Numbered from the stretch's first letter, positions 54,520-63,954 are shown. The stretch: DNA of 64,000 bases from an uncultured Oscillospiraceae bacterium (GCA_964370185.1 CAYJIJ010000003.1:2349-66348), one strand, 5' to 3'. The notes: generated from the letters alone by a model not told the origin. Made by a program: numbers and translations.

Positions 54520-56334
54520 TTGAAAAATAAAATTAAACTATACGCTTTTATAGTGCTCGAGATGGGAATAATAGTACTTTGTGCACTCTTAGCCACCTAT
54601 CTGAGATTTGAATTTAATATACCACGAAACCATTATGAAATGCTAAGCATCTTCATCCCGATTGCTATTGCCTCCACAGCTGTGAGCAGTATTTTTGTTG
54701 GGAACTATAACAACATCCTATCCTATTTTGGATTTACAGAGCTTTTGGGGCAGATATTAGTTTCGGCCTTTACGACTACTGTTATTTTAGCCTGTAAGGT
54801 GTTTGTTTTTCCGCAAATTTCGGGCTCGATAACGGTGATATATGGTGTGCTGTTTTTCTTGCTTTCCACCGCATTAAGAGGAATACCAAGGGTGCAAAAA
54901 TGGCTTGCAATTGTTGTTAATGCCAAATACGGAAGAACAAAACGCATCATGATAGTGGGCGCAGGGGACACGGGCGTAATGCTTGCAAAACAGATTATGG
55001 GTAGTGATAACTATGATATGTACCCGGTGGTTTTTGTTGATGATAATGACGACAAACAGGGTAAAAAAGTTGCTAATATACCCGTAAAGGGCAAAATTGA
55101 AGATGCGCCTAAAATTGCTAAACTGCTTGCGATAGATGAAATCATTATAGCCATTCCATCTGCAAGCAAAAAAGAGATGCTCTATCTACTCGATAAAACC
55201 GCCGACGCAGGAATACCCACAAGGGTGTTTAGGCATGCTATTGACGCCGAAAAATTCATGTCGGGGGAAACAACTCAGATAAAAGAAGTCTCAATCGAAG
55301 ACCTACTCTTTAGAGAGCCGATTGTGGTGGAAAACCCACTAAATCGTCAGTTAATAGAGGGTAAGGTGGTTTTGGTTACGGGCGGTGTGGGTTCGATAGG
55401 ATCGGAGCTATGCAGGCAGGTGCTTGAAAACGGCTGTGAAAAACTGATAATATTTGATATTCATGAAAATGGACTTTTTGAGATAAATGAAGAGCTAAAA
55501 CACAAATTTGAGGGCAAATACATCACATGCCTTGCTTCGGTGAGGGATGTAAACAGAATTGACTATCTCTTCTCACTACATAAGCCGAGCATAGTATTCC
55601 ATGCGGCGGCGCATAAGCATGTGCCAATGATGGAGATAAACCCATTCGAGGCGATAAAAAACAATGTAATAGGCACACAAAATATAATAGAAGCGGCAAT
55701 TAGGCATAAATCGGACAAACTTATCTTAATCTCCACCGACAAAGCCGTGCACCCCACAAATATCATGGGGGCTACAAAGAGAGTGTGCGAACTCATGGTA
55801 AAAGCATATTGTGGCAGGGGCACGGAAATGGTTGCGGTGCGCTTTGGCAATGTACTGGAGTCGAATGGTTCTGTTATACCGCTATTTAAAAAGCAGATTG
55901 CGAAAGGCGGCCCTGTGACAGTCACCCACCGAGACATGGTCAGGTATTTTATGACTATAAAAGAAGCGGTGTCGCTGGTGCTATCGGCAGGAGCATTTGC
56001 CAAAAATTCAGAGCTCTTTGTACTGGATATGGGCGAGCCTGTAAAAATTTATGAGCTTGCAAATAGCCTTATAAAACTTTCGGGAAAAACTCCCGATGTG
56101 GACATAAAAATTGAAATTTCGGGACTTCGCCCGGGCGAGAAACTCTTTGAAGAAATTGTGCTCGACAGTGAAACAGTGGACAATACCTCCCATAAAAAGA
56201 TATTCATACTAAAAGGCGACAAGCTTGCAAAGACCGACTTCATAGAAAGAGTGGCAGAGCTTAAAAAACTCGCCGACGCAAATAGCGACGAAGCTAAAAT
56301 GCGTGAGCTTTTATTTGATTTAATTGTGGAGTAA
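54520..56334 (+). CDS. capD: CapD/PglF/WbpM-type membrane-anchored nucleotide-sugar 4,6-dehydratase
   Basis: Four N-terminal TM helices plus two Rossmann regions (IVGAGDTG, VTGGVGSIGSEL). YxxxK-type short-chain dehydratase. TTG start after AAGGAG. Confidence 0.85.
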   Translation: MKNKIKLYAFIVLEMGIIVLCALLATYLRFEFNIPRNHYEMLSIFIPIAIASTAVSSIFVGNYNNILSYFGFTELLGQILVSAFTTTVILACKVFVFPQISGSITVIYGVLFFLLSTALRGIPRVQKWLAIVVNAKYGRTKRIMIVGAGDTGVMLAKQIMGSDNYDMYPVVFVDDNDDKQGKKVANIPVKGKIEDAPKIAKLLAIDEIIIAIPSASKKEMLYLLDKTADAGIPTRVFRHAIDAEKFMSGETTQIKEVSIEDLLFREPIVVENPLNRQLIEGKVVLVTGGVGSIGSELCRQVLENGCEKLIIFDIHENGLFEINEELKHKFEGKYITCLASVRDVNRIDYLFSLHKPSIVFHAAAHKHVPMMEINPFEAIKNNVIGTQNIIEAAIRHKSDKLILISTDKAVHPTNIMGATKRVCELMVKAYCGRGTEMVAVRFGNVLESNGSVIPLFKKQIAKGGPVTVTHRDMVRYFMTIKEAVSLVLSAGAFAKNSELFVLDMGEPVKIYELANSLIKLSGKTPDVDIKIEISGLRPGEKLFEEIVLDSETVDNTSHKKIFILKGDKLAKTDFIERVAELKKLADANSDEAKMRELLFDLIVE

Positions 56335-56368
56335 GGGGTTTTGCTTTAATGGGGGGGATTTATATTAT

Positions 56369-56439
56369 GTGAGGTACGAATATAATATAAATTTGCCATG
56401 TGGGCATCCTTGCCCACGGCAATTTAAATCTATATGTCC
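56369..56439. repeat. REP-like family copy iii with nested GC hairpin
   Basis: aaatttgcc atgtgggcatccttgcccac ggcaatttaaa. Outer arms match copy i (3598-3627). Flanks match copy ii. Confidence 0.6.
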
Positions 56440-56478
56440 TTGCACCGAGACGGGGCAGATGGATTATTTATATAATCC

Positions 56479-56507
56479 GTAGGGGTGGCCTGCGGTTGTC
56501 AGTCGGC
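56479..56507 (+). repeat. GTAGGGG-type REP-like site, 50 nt upstream of the Y1 transposase gene
   Basis: gtaggggtggcctgcggttgtcagtcggc resembles gtaggggagacctgtggtcgtccg (56668) and the reverse complement of 56839-56864. Confidence 0.6.
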
Positions 56508-56556
56508 AGATTAATTTTTTGACACATATTTTAGTATTTACACAGGCGGTGATTAT

Positions 56557-57018
56557 ATGGGGTTGCCGAAACGAAAAGCTATCAGATTAAAAGATTATGA
56601 TTATAGTCAAAACGGTGCGTATTTTGTAACGATATGCGTAAAAAATAGAGAAAATTTATTATGGAATGTAGGGGAGACCTGTGGTCGTCCGCTCCTTGAT
56701 AATCATTTATCTGACTACGGAATAATAATTGATAAGGAAATCAATAAACTGCATGATATATATGAAACAGTGGTTGTAGATAAATATGTAATAATGCCAA
56801 ATCATATCCATATCATTATTATTTTGCAAAATGAGATAGACGGACGACCGCAGGTCGCCCCTACAATATCTCGCCTAATTCAACAATTCAAAGGTTCTGT
56901 TTCTAAACAAATTGGTTTTTCTATGTGGCAAAAATTATTTTACGACCATATTATTAGAAACGAACAAGAATACCAGAAAGTTTGGCAATACATAGACACA
57001 ATCCCATTAAAATGGTAA
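56557..57018 (+). CDS. IS200/IS605-superfamily Y1 (HUH) transposase, REP-associated (RAYT-like)
   Basis: 153 aa. KRKAIRLKDYDYSQNGAYFVTICVKNR, HUH motif PNHIHIII, and C-terminal WQKLFYDHIIRNEQEYQKVWQYI with the catalytic Tyr region. Confidence 0.8.
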   Translation: MGLPKRKAIRLKDYDYSQNGAYFVTICVKNRENLLWNVGETCGRPLLDNHLSDYGIIIDKEINKLHDIYETVVVDKYVIMPNHIHIIIILQNEIDGRPQVAPTISRLIQQFKGSVSKQIGFSMWQKLFYDHIIRNEQEYQKVWQYIDTIPLKW

Positions 57019-57059
57019 GAAGATTCTTACAACATAAATAAGCATAATCCCCAAAATTA

Positions 57060-57095
57060 AAACTACCACTATCAGTTTTTTGATAGTGGTAGTTT
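57060..57095. terminator. Bidirectional terminator between the transposase gene and nspC
   Basis: 15-bp perfect stem aaactaccactatca / tgatagtggtagttt with T-rich flanks. Confidence 0.75.
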
Positions 57096-57146
57096 GTTTC
57101 TTTAAAGTAGTCATATATAGGCACATAGTGGCATTAAAATTATTTT

Positions 57147-58277
57147 CTAAGAAAGTCTTTCCTTAAAATCGCTATAACCAAAGCTTTTCACATTAATTAT
57201 ACTGCCATCCTCTTTTAAAAGCATTATCGAGGGGAGTGCCATGCCGTTAAATGTATTGTTTTTTACCATTGAGTAAATAGCCATGTCCTCAAAAATGAGT
57301 TTATCGCCTATATTTAGCTCATGGTCGAAGGAGTAGTCACCGATTATGTCCCCTGCTAAGCAGGTTGCACCACCGAAACGATAGGTAAACGCCTTTTCAT
57401 TCGGCTGACCGCTCTGGTATAGCGGTGGGCGGTAGGGCATTTCGATAACATCGGGCATATGGCAGGCGGCAGAAGCATCTAAAATGCCTATATTCATGCC
57501 GTTTTTTACAATGTCGAGCACCTTTGTTACCATATATCCTGCGTGGTAGGCAATGGCTTCGCCTGGCTCGAGGTAGACCTCTACACCATACTCCGCCTTA
57601 AAGGATTTTACACAGTCTATCAGAGCTTCTCTGTCGTAATCGGGGCGTGTGATGTGGTGACCACCACCAAAGTTTATCCATTTCATCGCCCAGATGAACT
57701 CACCAAACTGCTCCTTTACCGCTGATAGTGTTTCTATCAGTGCGTCGCTGTTTTGCTCGCATAGGGTGTGAAAGTGCAAACCCTCTATGCCATCAAGCTC
57801 GTCGGGGCGAAACTCTTCCCTGATTACACCAAGCCTTGAGCCGACTGAGCAGGGGTCGTATATGCCACCGCCCTGCGTGGAGCAAAGGGGATTTATGCGA
57901 ATGCCACAGCTTTTTCCCGATGCCTTTGCTTTAGCCTTGTATTTATTCCACTCGTTAAAGGAATTAAATATCACATGGTCGCAAATCGAGAGAATTTCGT
58001 CCATTTCCTCTTCGTTATATGCACCGCTGAAAACATGGTTTTCCTTGCCCATTTCCTCAAAGCCAAGCTTTGCTTCATAGAGTCCGCTTGCAGTAGTGCC
58101 CGAGAGATATTTTCCTATGAGCGGATAAATACTGAACATCGAAAACGCTTTCTGCGCAAGCAGTATCTTTGCCCCCGATTTTTCTGCTACCTCGGCGAGC
58201 ATCTCTAAATTCTTTATTATTTTGCCCTCGTCCACCACATAGGCAGGGGTTTTAATATTATATAGCTCTTTGTTCAT
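57147..58277 (-). CDS. nspC: Carboxynorspermidine/carboxyspermidine decarboxylase
   Basis: 376 aa alanine-racemase-fold decarboxylase. TPAYVVDE..., HFHTLCEQ, and GGATCLAGD motif near the C-terminus. Confidence 0.85.
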   Translation of the reverse strand: MNKELYNIKTPAYVVDEGKIIKNLEMLAEVAEKSGAKILLAQKAFSMFSIYPLIGKYLSGTTASGLYEAKLGFEEMGKENHVFSGAYNEEEMDEILSICDHVIFNSFNEWNKYKAKAKASGKSCGIRINPLCSTQGGGIYDPCSVGSRLGVIREEFRPDELDGIEGLHFHTLCEQNSDALIETLSAVKEQFGEFIWAMKWINFGGGHHITRPDYDREALIDCVKSFKAEYGVEVYLEPGEAIAYHAGYMVTKVLDIVKNGMNIGILDASAACHMPDVIEMPYRPPLYQSGQPNEKAFTYRFGGATCLAGDIIGDYSFDHELNIGDKLIFEDMAIYSMVKNNTFNGMALPSIMLLKEDGSIINVKSFGYSDFKERLS

Positions 58278-59479
58278 TAGTCCACCAAAGTTGGGTTGAA
58301 GTCTTCATGCCATGGAAGGCCCCATTTATTGAGTGCTTCCATGAATGGGTCTGGATCAAATTCTTCGATGTTCCATACACCCGGCTTATTCCAAGTGCCA
58401 TTCATAACCATCATTGCACCAATCATTGCAGGCACGCCCGTTGTGTAGGAAATTGCCTGTGACTCCACTTCTTTATAGCACTCTTGATGGTCGCATACAT
58501 TGTAGACATAGTAGTTTTTCTCAACACCGTCTTTTTTACCTCTGAACATGCAGGCAATATGTGTTTTGCCCACTGTGCGAGGGCCGAGCGAAGCAGGGTC
58601 GGGCAGTAGCTCTTTTAAGAACTGAATTGGCACTATCTGGGTGCCACCGAAGTTTATAGGCTCTATGCCAAGCATACCCACATTTTCAAGGCATTTCATA
58701 TGAGTGATATAGCTTTGACCAAATGTCATGAAAAATCTAATTCTCTTAAGCCCTGGCATGTTTTCCACAAGGCTTTCAAGCTCTTCATGATATAGTAGGT
58801 ACATATCCTTCATGCCAACTTCTTTAAAATCATACTCTCTTTTGATTTCGAGCGGTTTTGTTTCTATCCATTTGCCATCTTCCCAGTATCTGCCGTTTGC
58901 CGATACTTCCCTTAGATTAATCTCGGGGTTAAAGTTTGTTGCGAATGGGTAGCCATGGTCACCGCCATTGCAGTCGAGTATATCAATATAGTTGATTTCA
59001 TCAAAATAATGCTTTAGTGCATATGCAGAGAAAACCCCTGTTACGCCTGGATCAAATCCACTTCCTAAAAGCGCACAAATGCCAGCTTCTTTGAATTTTT
59101 CTCTGTATGCCCATTGCCATTTGTATTCAAATTTAGCAGTGTCCACTGGCTCGTAGTTAGCAGTGTCCACATAGTGAGTTTTTGTAGCCAAGCAGGCATC
59201 CATTATAGTTAAATCCTGATATGGCAGTGCAAGGTTTAGCACCACATCTGGTTTAAACTCATTTATGAGTGCCACAAGCTCGTCAACATTATCGGCATCC
59301 ACCTTAGCGGTTTGGATTTTTGTCTTAGTCTTGCCCTCTAATTTTTCTTTAAGTGCATCGCATTTGGACTTTGTGCGGCTGGCAATCATAATTTCCTCGA
59401 AAACTTCGCTATTTTGGCAGCATTTGTGCACTGCAACACCCGCAACACCACCTGCGCCTATTATTAAACATCTACCCAT
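58277..59479 (-). CDS. Carboxynorspermidine/carboxyspermidine dehydrogenase (saccharopine dehydrogenase family)
   Basis: 400 aa. IIGAGGVAGVAVHKC Rossmann motif. The start of nspC overlaps its stop. Confidence 0.85.
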   Translation of the reverse strand: MGRCLIIGAGGVAGVAVHKCCQNSEVFEEIMIASRTKSKCDALKEKLEGKTKTKIQTAKVDADNVDELVALINEFKPDVVLNLALPYQDLTIMDACLATKTHYVDTANYEPVDTAKFEYKWQWAYREKFKEAGICALLGSGFDPGVTGVFSAYALKHYFDEINYIDILDCNGGDHGYPFATNFNPEINLREVSANGRYWEDGKWIETKPLEIKREYDFKEVGMKDMYLLYHEELESLVENMPGLKRIRFFMTFGQSYITHMKCLENVGMLGIEPINFGGTQIVPIQFLKELLPDPASLGPRTVGKTHIACMFRGKKDGVEKNYYVYNVCDHQECYKEVESQAISYTTGVPAMIGAMMVMNGTWNKPGVWNIEEFDPDPFMEALNKWGLPWHEDFNPTLVD

Positions 59480-59547
59480 AAGTCATATCTCCTTTTAATT
59501 GTTGTTAGTCATGCGTGGAATATTTTTTCGCATATCTTTCTTAATAA

Positions 59548-60390
59548 TTAAAGTTGCAATAATATCTCCCTTGTTATCTTGCAGGCAAGTGCGGTGGAAG
59601 CTCCACTTTGATCGTAATGGGGTGAAAGCTCGTTAATGTCACAGCCCACTACATTTAAATCACTCAGCTTAAGCACTGCATTTAAAAGCTCTTTAAATGT
59701 CACGCCACCTGCCTCAGGTGTGCCAGTGCCCCAAAAACAAGAGGGGTCAAGCACATCTAAATCAAGGGTGAAATAAACAGGTTTTCCCTTTAGCTCCTCT
59801 ACGATTCTCCTAAACTCATCTAAATCGAATTTATAGAGTCTCGTGTGATTTTTTGCAAACTCAAATTCATGTTTCTCACCACTGCGTATACCGAGCTGAT
59901 ATATTCTGCCATCACCTAAGAAATTCCATATCTGCTTCATTACACCCGAATGGGTGAGCGGCTCGCCTAAGTATTCGTCCCTCAAATCGGTGTGTGCATC
60001 TAAATGGATTATATGCAAATCAGGATATTTTTCATATACCGCCCTCACTGCACCGAGTGTGATTAGATGTTCACCGCCGAGCATCACTGGGATTTTTTCG
60101 TCGGTGAGAATTTTTTTAGTGTAGTCGTAAATTGTGTCGAGCACTTTATAAGTGTTGCCAAATGGGAAGTCTAAATCCCCACCGTCAAACACTTTTATTT
60201 CAGTTAAATCCCTATCACAGTAGGGGGAGTAGGTTTCAATTCCGAAGCTTTCATTTCTTATTGCGGCAGGGCCAAACCTTGTGCCTGGGCGAAAGGAGGT
60301 AGTGCCGTCAAACGGCGCTCCAAAAAGCACGATTTTTGCTTCATCGTATTCGCTTTCGCAAGCTATGAAAGTGCTTATATTCTTATTCAT
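59548..60390 (-). CDS. speB: Agmatinase-family ureohydrolase
   Basis: Arginase-fold metal motifs LGGEH, HLDAHTDL and LDLDVLDP. Confidence 0.85.
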   Translation of the reverse strand: MNKNISTFIACESEYDEAKIVLFGAPFDGTTSFRPGTRFGPAAIRNESFGIETYSPYCDRDLTEIKVFDGGDLDFPFGNTYKVLDTIYDYTKKILTDEKIPVMLGGEHLITLGAVRAVYEKYPDLHIIHLDAHTDLRDEYLGEPLTHSGVMKQIWNFLGDGRIYQLGIRSGEKHEFEFAKNHTRLYKFDLDEFRRIVEELKGKPVYFTLDLDVLDPSCFWGTGTPEAGGVTFKELLNAVLKLSDLNVVGCDINELSPHYDQSGASTALACKITREILLQL

Positions 60391-61243
60391 TCTCTTTAAG
60401 CATCTCCTCTACATATTTCGGCAGGCAGAATGCACCTTTGTGAAGTGTGGTGGTGTAATACTTTGTGTCAATCTCCGCCGATTTAAAACTTTCTTCCTTT
60501 AAATCCTTTGTGGGGTGGTATTTCTTAGAGGCAAAGCCGAATAGCCAATGCCCCGAGGGATATGTTGGTATATGAGCCTGATAGACTTTTGCTATCGGGA
60601 AATTACCAAGTATCCTCTTGTGAGCCCTGTTCATCGCCGCCGCATCCTGCCTGTAAAATGGGCTTTCATGCTGATTTACCATGATGCCATCATCAGTGAG
60701 TGCATTAAAGCAGTTGCCGTAGAACTCTTTTGTAAAAAGCACTTCCCCAGGGCCCGAGGGGTCTGTTGAGTCGACTATAATGAGGTCGTATTTTTCCTTT
60801 GTGTGGCGGATGAATTTAAGCCCATCGGCTATATGGATATTCGCCACGGGATTATTAAATCCGCATGCAGTTTTGGGGAGATACTGCTTGCAGATATCTA
60901 TTACCCTCTCGTCTATCTCAACAAGGTCTATAAGCTCAATTTGAGGGTATTTCTCAAGCTCCCTGAGCACTCCGCCGTCCCCAGCGCCTATTATAAGCAC
61001 CTTTTTTATATTCGGATTTACCGACATTGGTATATGGGTCATCATCTCGTGATAGATAAACTCATCCTTTTCGGTGAGCATCATCACGCCATCAAGCGTT
61101 AGAAACCTTCCGAATTCACGGCTTTCATAAACGGCTATCTTTTGGAAGTCGCTCTGCTCGCTGTGGAGTTGGCTTTCTACTTTTATAGAAAATCTCACAC
61201 CCGAAGTGTGATATTCAGTAAACCATAAATCATCCATAGTCAT
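60383..61243 (-). CDS. speE: Spermidine synthase-family aminopropyltransferase
   Basis: LWFTE...LDGVMMLTEKDEFIYHEMMTH...IIGAGDGGVLRE...VDSTDPSGPG. Confidence 0.9.
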   Translation of the reverse strand: MTMDDLWFTEYHTSGVRFSIKVESQLHSEQSDFQKIAVYESREFGRFLTLDGVMMLTEKDEFIYHEMMTHIPMSVNPNIKKVLIIGAGDGGVLRELEKYPQIELIDLVEIDERVIDICKQYLPKTACGFNNPVANIHIADGLKFIRHTKEKYDLIIVDSTDPSGPGEVLFTKEFYGNCFNALTDDGIMVNQHESPFYRQDAAAMNRAHKRILGNFPIAKVYQAHIPTYPSGHWLFGFASKKYHPTKDLKEESFKSAEIDTKYYTTTLHKGAFCLPKYVEEMLKENE

Positions 61244-61298
61244 CTTCCTTTCTATTGTGCCCTTAGTCCTATAATACCAAAGACTGCAAAAGCGTCCA

Positions 61299-62771
61299 TT
61301 AGTGCAGCTCGATTTGATGCTCTATCGGGTTTTCAAGCACATTAATCCTGCTTGCATCCATCGTCTCAGGGCCTGTGATTAAGCATCCCTTCTCCTTGGC
61401 ATAGTTTATATAGTTTATAATCTCGTCAGTTATCATTTCGCCCGGTGCAAGAATTGGTATCCCAGGCGGGTAGCACATAACAAATTCACCGCAAATATGC
61501 CCATTGCACTCGTTTATAGGCAGGCTTACCTTATCACCAAAAAATGCCCTTTGTGGGGACATTGCCACCACGGGCGAGATATATTCGCTCTCAAGCATTC
61601 CTGCTTTGTCCTTTTTATACTTTCTTCTTATCTCGGAAAGTGCAGTTATAAGTCTTTCGATATTTTTATTTTTATCACCCACCGAGATATATGCAAGTAT
61701 ATTGCCCAAATCGCCAAATTCTATCTGAATGTCGTATTCATCACGGAGAAGGTCGTATACTTCCTTGCCTGCAAGGCCTATGTCTATGGTGTTTACCGAG
61801 AGCTTAGTGGTGTCGAAATCAAATATGCTATCGCCATTTATAATTTCTTTGCTGTATGCGTAATAGTCGCCTATTTCGTTTATCTCTTCCCTTGAGTAGT
61901 CAGCAAATTTCTTCACCTTTTCAAAGATTTTCTCCCCCTCAAGTGCGAGCTTCCTCCTCGAAATATCAAGGCTTGAAAGCAGGAGATATGAGCCGCTTGT
62001 GGTCTGGGTTAAATTAATTATCTGGCGCACATAATGTGGATTTACATTTTTACCGCAGAGCAGTATGGAGCTTTGGGTAAGTGAGCCGCCCGATTTATGC
62101 ATGCTCACACTTGCCATGTCCGCACCTGCCGCCATTGCTGTTATCGGCATGTCCTTGCCAAAATAAAAATGTGTGCCGTGGGCTTCGTCCACAAGTACCT
62201 TTATCCCTTTTTCATGGGAAATATCCACTATCGACTTTAAGTCGGAGCAGATACCATAATAGGTGGGATTATTTACAAGTATCGCCTTAGCGTCGGGGTT
62301 TTTCTCAATCGCTTCCTTTACATCGGAAACGGACATTCCAAGTGCAATGCCAAGCCTCATATTGGTTTGTGGATTTACATACACAGGTATTCCTCCACAA
62401 ATTACAAGGGCATTTATAACACTCTGATGGACATTTCTTGGCAGAATTAGCTTATCCCCAGCCTTGACTGTTGCAAATATCATCGCCTGTACCGAAGAGG
62501 TAGTGCCTCCCACCATGAAGAAAGAATGTGCCGCACCAAACGCCTCCGCCGCAAGCCCTTCAGCCTCTTTTATTACCGAAGTGGGGTGGCAGAGATTATC
62601 AAGCGGTTTCATTGAGTTTACATCTACACTCATGCAGTCCTCACCCAAAAATTCGGTGAGCTCAGGGTTTCCCCTGCCTCTCTTATGCCCTGGAACATCA
62701 AAGGGCACTAATTTATTATTTTTCATCTCTTCGAGTGCATCTGCAATCGGTGCTCTTTTTTGATTTCCCAA
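61299..62771 (-). CDS. speA: Arginine decarboxylase (Orn/Lys/Arg decarboxylase fold I, Bacillus SpeA type)
   Basis: 490 aa. FDVPGHKRG, and SMHKSGGSLTQSS (PLP lysine). TTG start after GGGGGA. Confidence 0.8.
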   Translation of the reverse strand: MGNQKRAPIADALEEMKNNKLVPFDVPGHKRGRGNPELTEFLGEDCMSVDVNSMKPLDNLCHPTSVIKEAEGLAAEAFGAAHSFFMVGGTTSSVQAMIFATVKAGDKLILPRNVHQSVINALVICGGIPVYVNPQTNMRLGIALGMSVSDVKEAIEKNPDAKAILVNNPTYYGICSDLKSIVDISHEKGIKVLVDEAHGTHFYFGKDMPITAMAAGADMASVSMHKSGGSLTQSSILLCGKNVNPHYVRQIINLTQTTSGSYLLLSSLDISRRKLALEGEKIFEKVKKFADYSREEINEIGDYYAYSKEIINGDSIFDFDTTKLSVNTIDIGLAGKEVYDLLRDEYDIQIEFGDLGNILAYISVGDKNKNIERLITALSEIRRKYKKDKAGMLESEYISPVVAMSPQRAFFGDKVSLPINECNGHICGEFVMCYPPGIPILAPGEMITDEIINYINYAKEKGCLITGPETMDASRINVLENPIEHQIELH

Positions 62772-62825
62772 GATTTATTCCCCCATTGTATTTTAGTGTT
62801 GTGAGTAAAATGTTAATTTCGTTGT

Positions 62826-63590
62826 TTAGTATACATTAGTACCGCTAAAGATTTCTATCATTTCTTTTCGCAGTGCATTTGTGATATTAAGCCTTGTTTT
62901 AGGTGCTATTTCATATACATCGGCATTGAAGAGGTAGTTTTGCAGCACAATGTCTTTTATTAGCATCCTTGTGTGGAAAATATTCGACTGATATACATTT
63001 ACATCAATAGCGTCGTATTTTTCGAGTGTTTTAGTGTCAATAAAGTCCTGTATAGAGGTCATTTTGTGGTCTAAAAACAGCTTTCTTCCACTTATATCCC
63101 TTGTAAAACCCCTCACACGGTAGTCCATTGTGATTATATCGGAGTCAAAACTGCTGATTAGAAAATCCAATGTTGAAAGAGGTGGAATTTCGCCACAGGT
63201 GGCTACATCTATATCAACTCTAAATGTCGCTATTGAGTTTTCAGGGTGGTATTCGGGATAGGTGTGCACTGTTACATGGCTCTTATCAAGATGCGCAACG
63301 ACTGTTTCCCCAGAGCGGTTTTTCGCCATGCTCTCCTCTGCAATCAAAAGAGTAACTGATGCCCCCTGTGGCTCATAGTCCTGCTTTGAGATGTTTAGCA
63401 CTGTTGCCCCTATCATCTCTGTGAGCTTTGTGAGGATATCTGTTAGCCTATCAGAATTATACTGCTCGTTGATATACTTGATATAATCCTGCTGTTCCCT
63501 CGCTGTTTTAGCATAGCAAATATCATAGATATTGAAGCTGAGTGCCTTTGTTAAATTGTTAAATCCATATAGTTTTAGCTTGTCCGACAT
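62826..63590 (-). CDS. speD: S-adenosylmethionine decarboxylase proenzyme (E. coli SpeD type)
   Basis: MSDKLKLYGFNNLTKALSFNIYDICYAKT is nearly identical in pattern to enterobacterial SpeD. GGAGG RBS before ATG 63590. I rejected the track ORF extension to 63770. Confidence 0.88.
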   Translation of the reverse strand: MSDKLKLYGFNNLTKALSFNIYDICYAKTAREQQDYIKYINEQYNSDRLTDILTKLTEMIGATVLNISKQDYEPQGASVTLLIAEESMAKNRSGETVVAHLDKSHVTVHTYPEYHPENSIATFRVDIDVATCGEIPPLSTLDFLISSFDSDIITMDYRVRGFTRDISGRKLFLDHKMTSIQDFIDTKTLEKYDAIDVNVYQSNIFHTRMLIKDIVLQNYLFNADVYEIAPKTRLNITNALRKEMIEIFSGTNVY

Positions 63591-63604
63591 CTTAAAAATC
63601 CTCC

Positions 63605-63639
63605 AAAAAAGAAAAGGTATACCGCGTAAACGGCACACC
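63605..63639 (-). terminator. Leader terminator/attenuator immediately upstream of the speD RBS
   Basis: Minus strand reads ggtgtgccg-tttacg-cggtatacc (9-bp stem, 2 G-U pairs) followed by ttttctttttt, then GGAGG. Confidence 0.55.
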
Positions 63640-63954
63640 TTATAAAATAGTCTTTTTGCCCACTGGGCATAATGTATTTCAGAGTCTATATAGCAAGAAC
63701 TTACTTTTACTACTCTTATTGACCTTTTTACAAGTGTGTACCCGAGTACACTTAGGGCGAATGAACCCAACAGGCAATTAAGTTGCCAGCTTATAAAATT
63801 TTCGCTTTTAGCGCAATCAATAATGCTCTTTTTTAAGCGGAAGGTGACTTTAAAATCACCCCAAAGCCAATAAAATTTTATCGGCTCAGTAAATTCTCAC
63901 TGAATAACTGTGAAATGGGATTTTCTAAAATAAAAACATCCCCATCCATTAATT

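Noticed and set aside
54520-56334. The capD-like gene as part of a second polysaccharide locus
   Set aside because: It stands alone between cinA and the RAYT gene with its own promoter. It more likely supplies a 4,6-dehydratase step in trans to the 28-44 kb locus or to another pathway. Nothing unusual is visible in the sequence.
62826-63770. 314-aa version of SpeD with a 60-aa N-terminal extension
   Set aside because: The extension starts at a TTG and runs through a terminator hairpin and the GGAGG RBS. Homology to E. coli-type SpeD begins at the internal ATG 63590.
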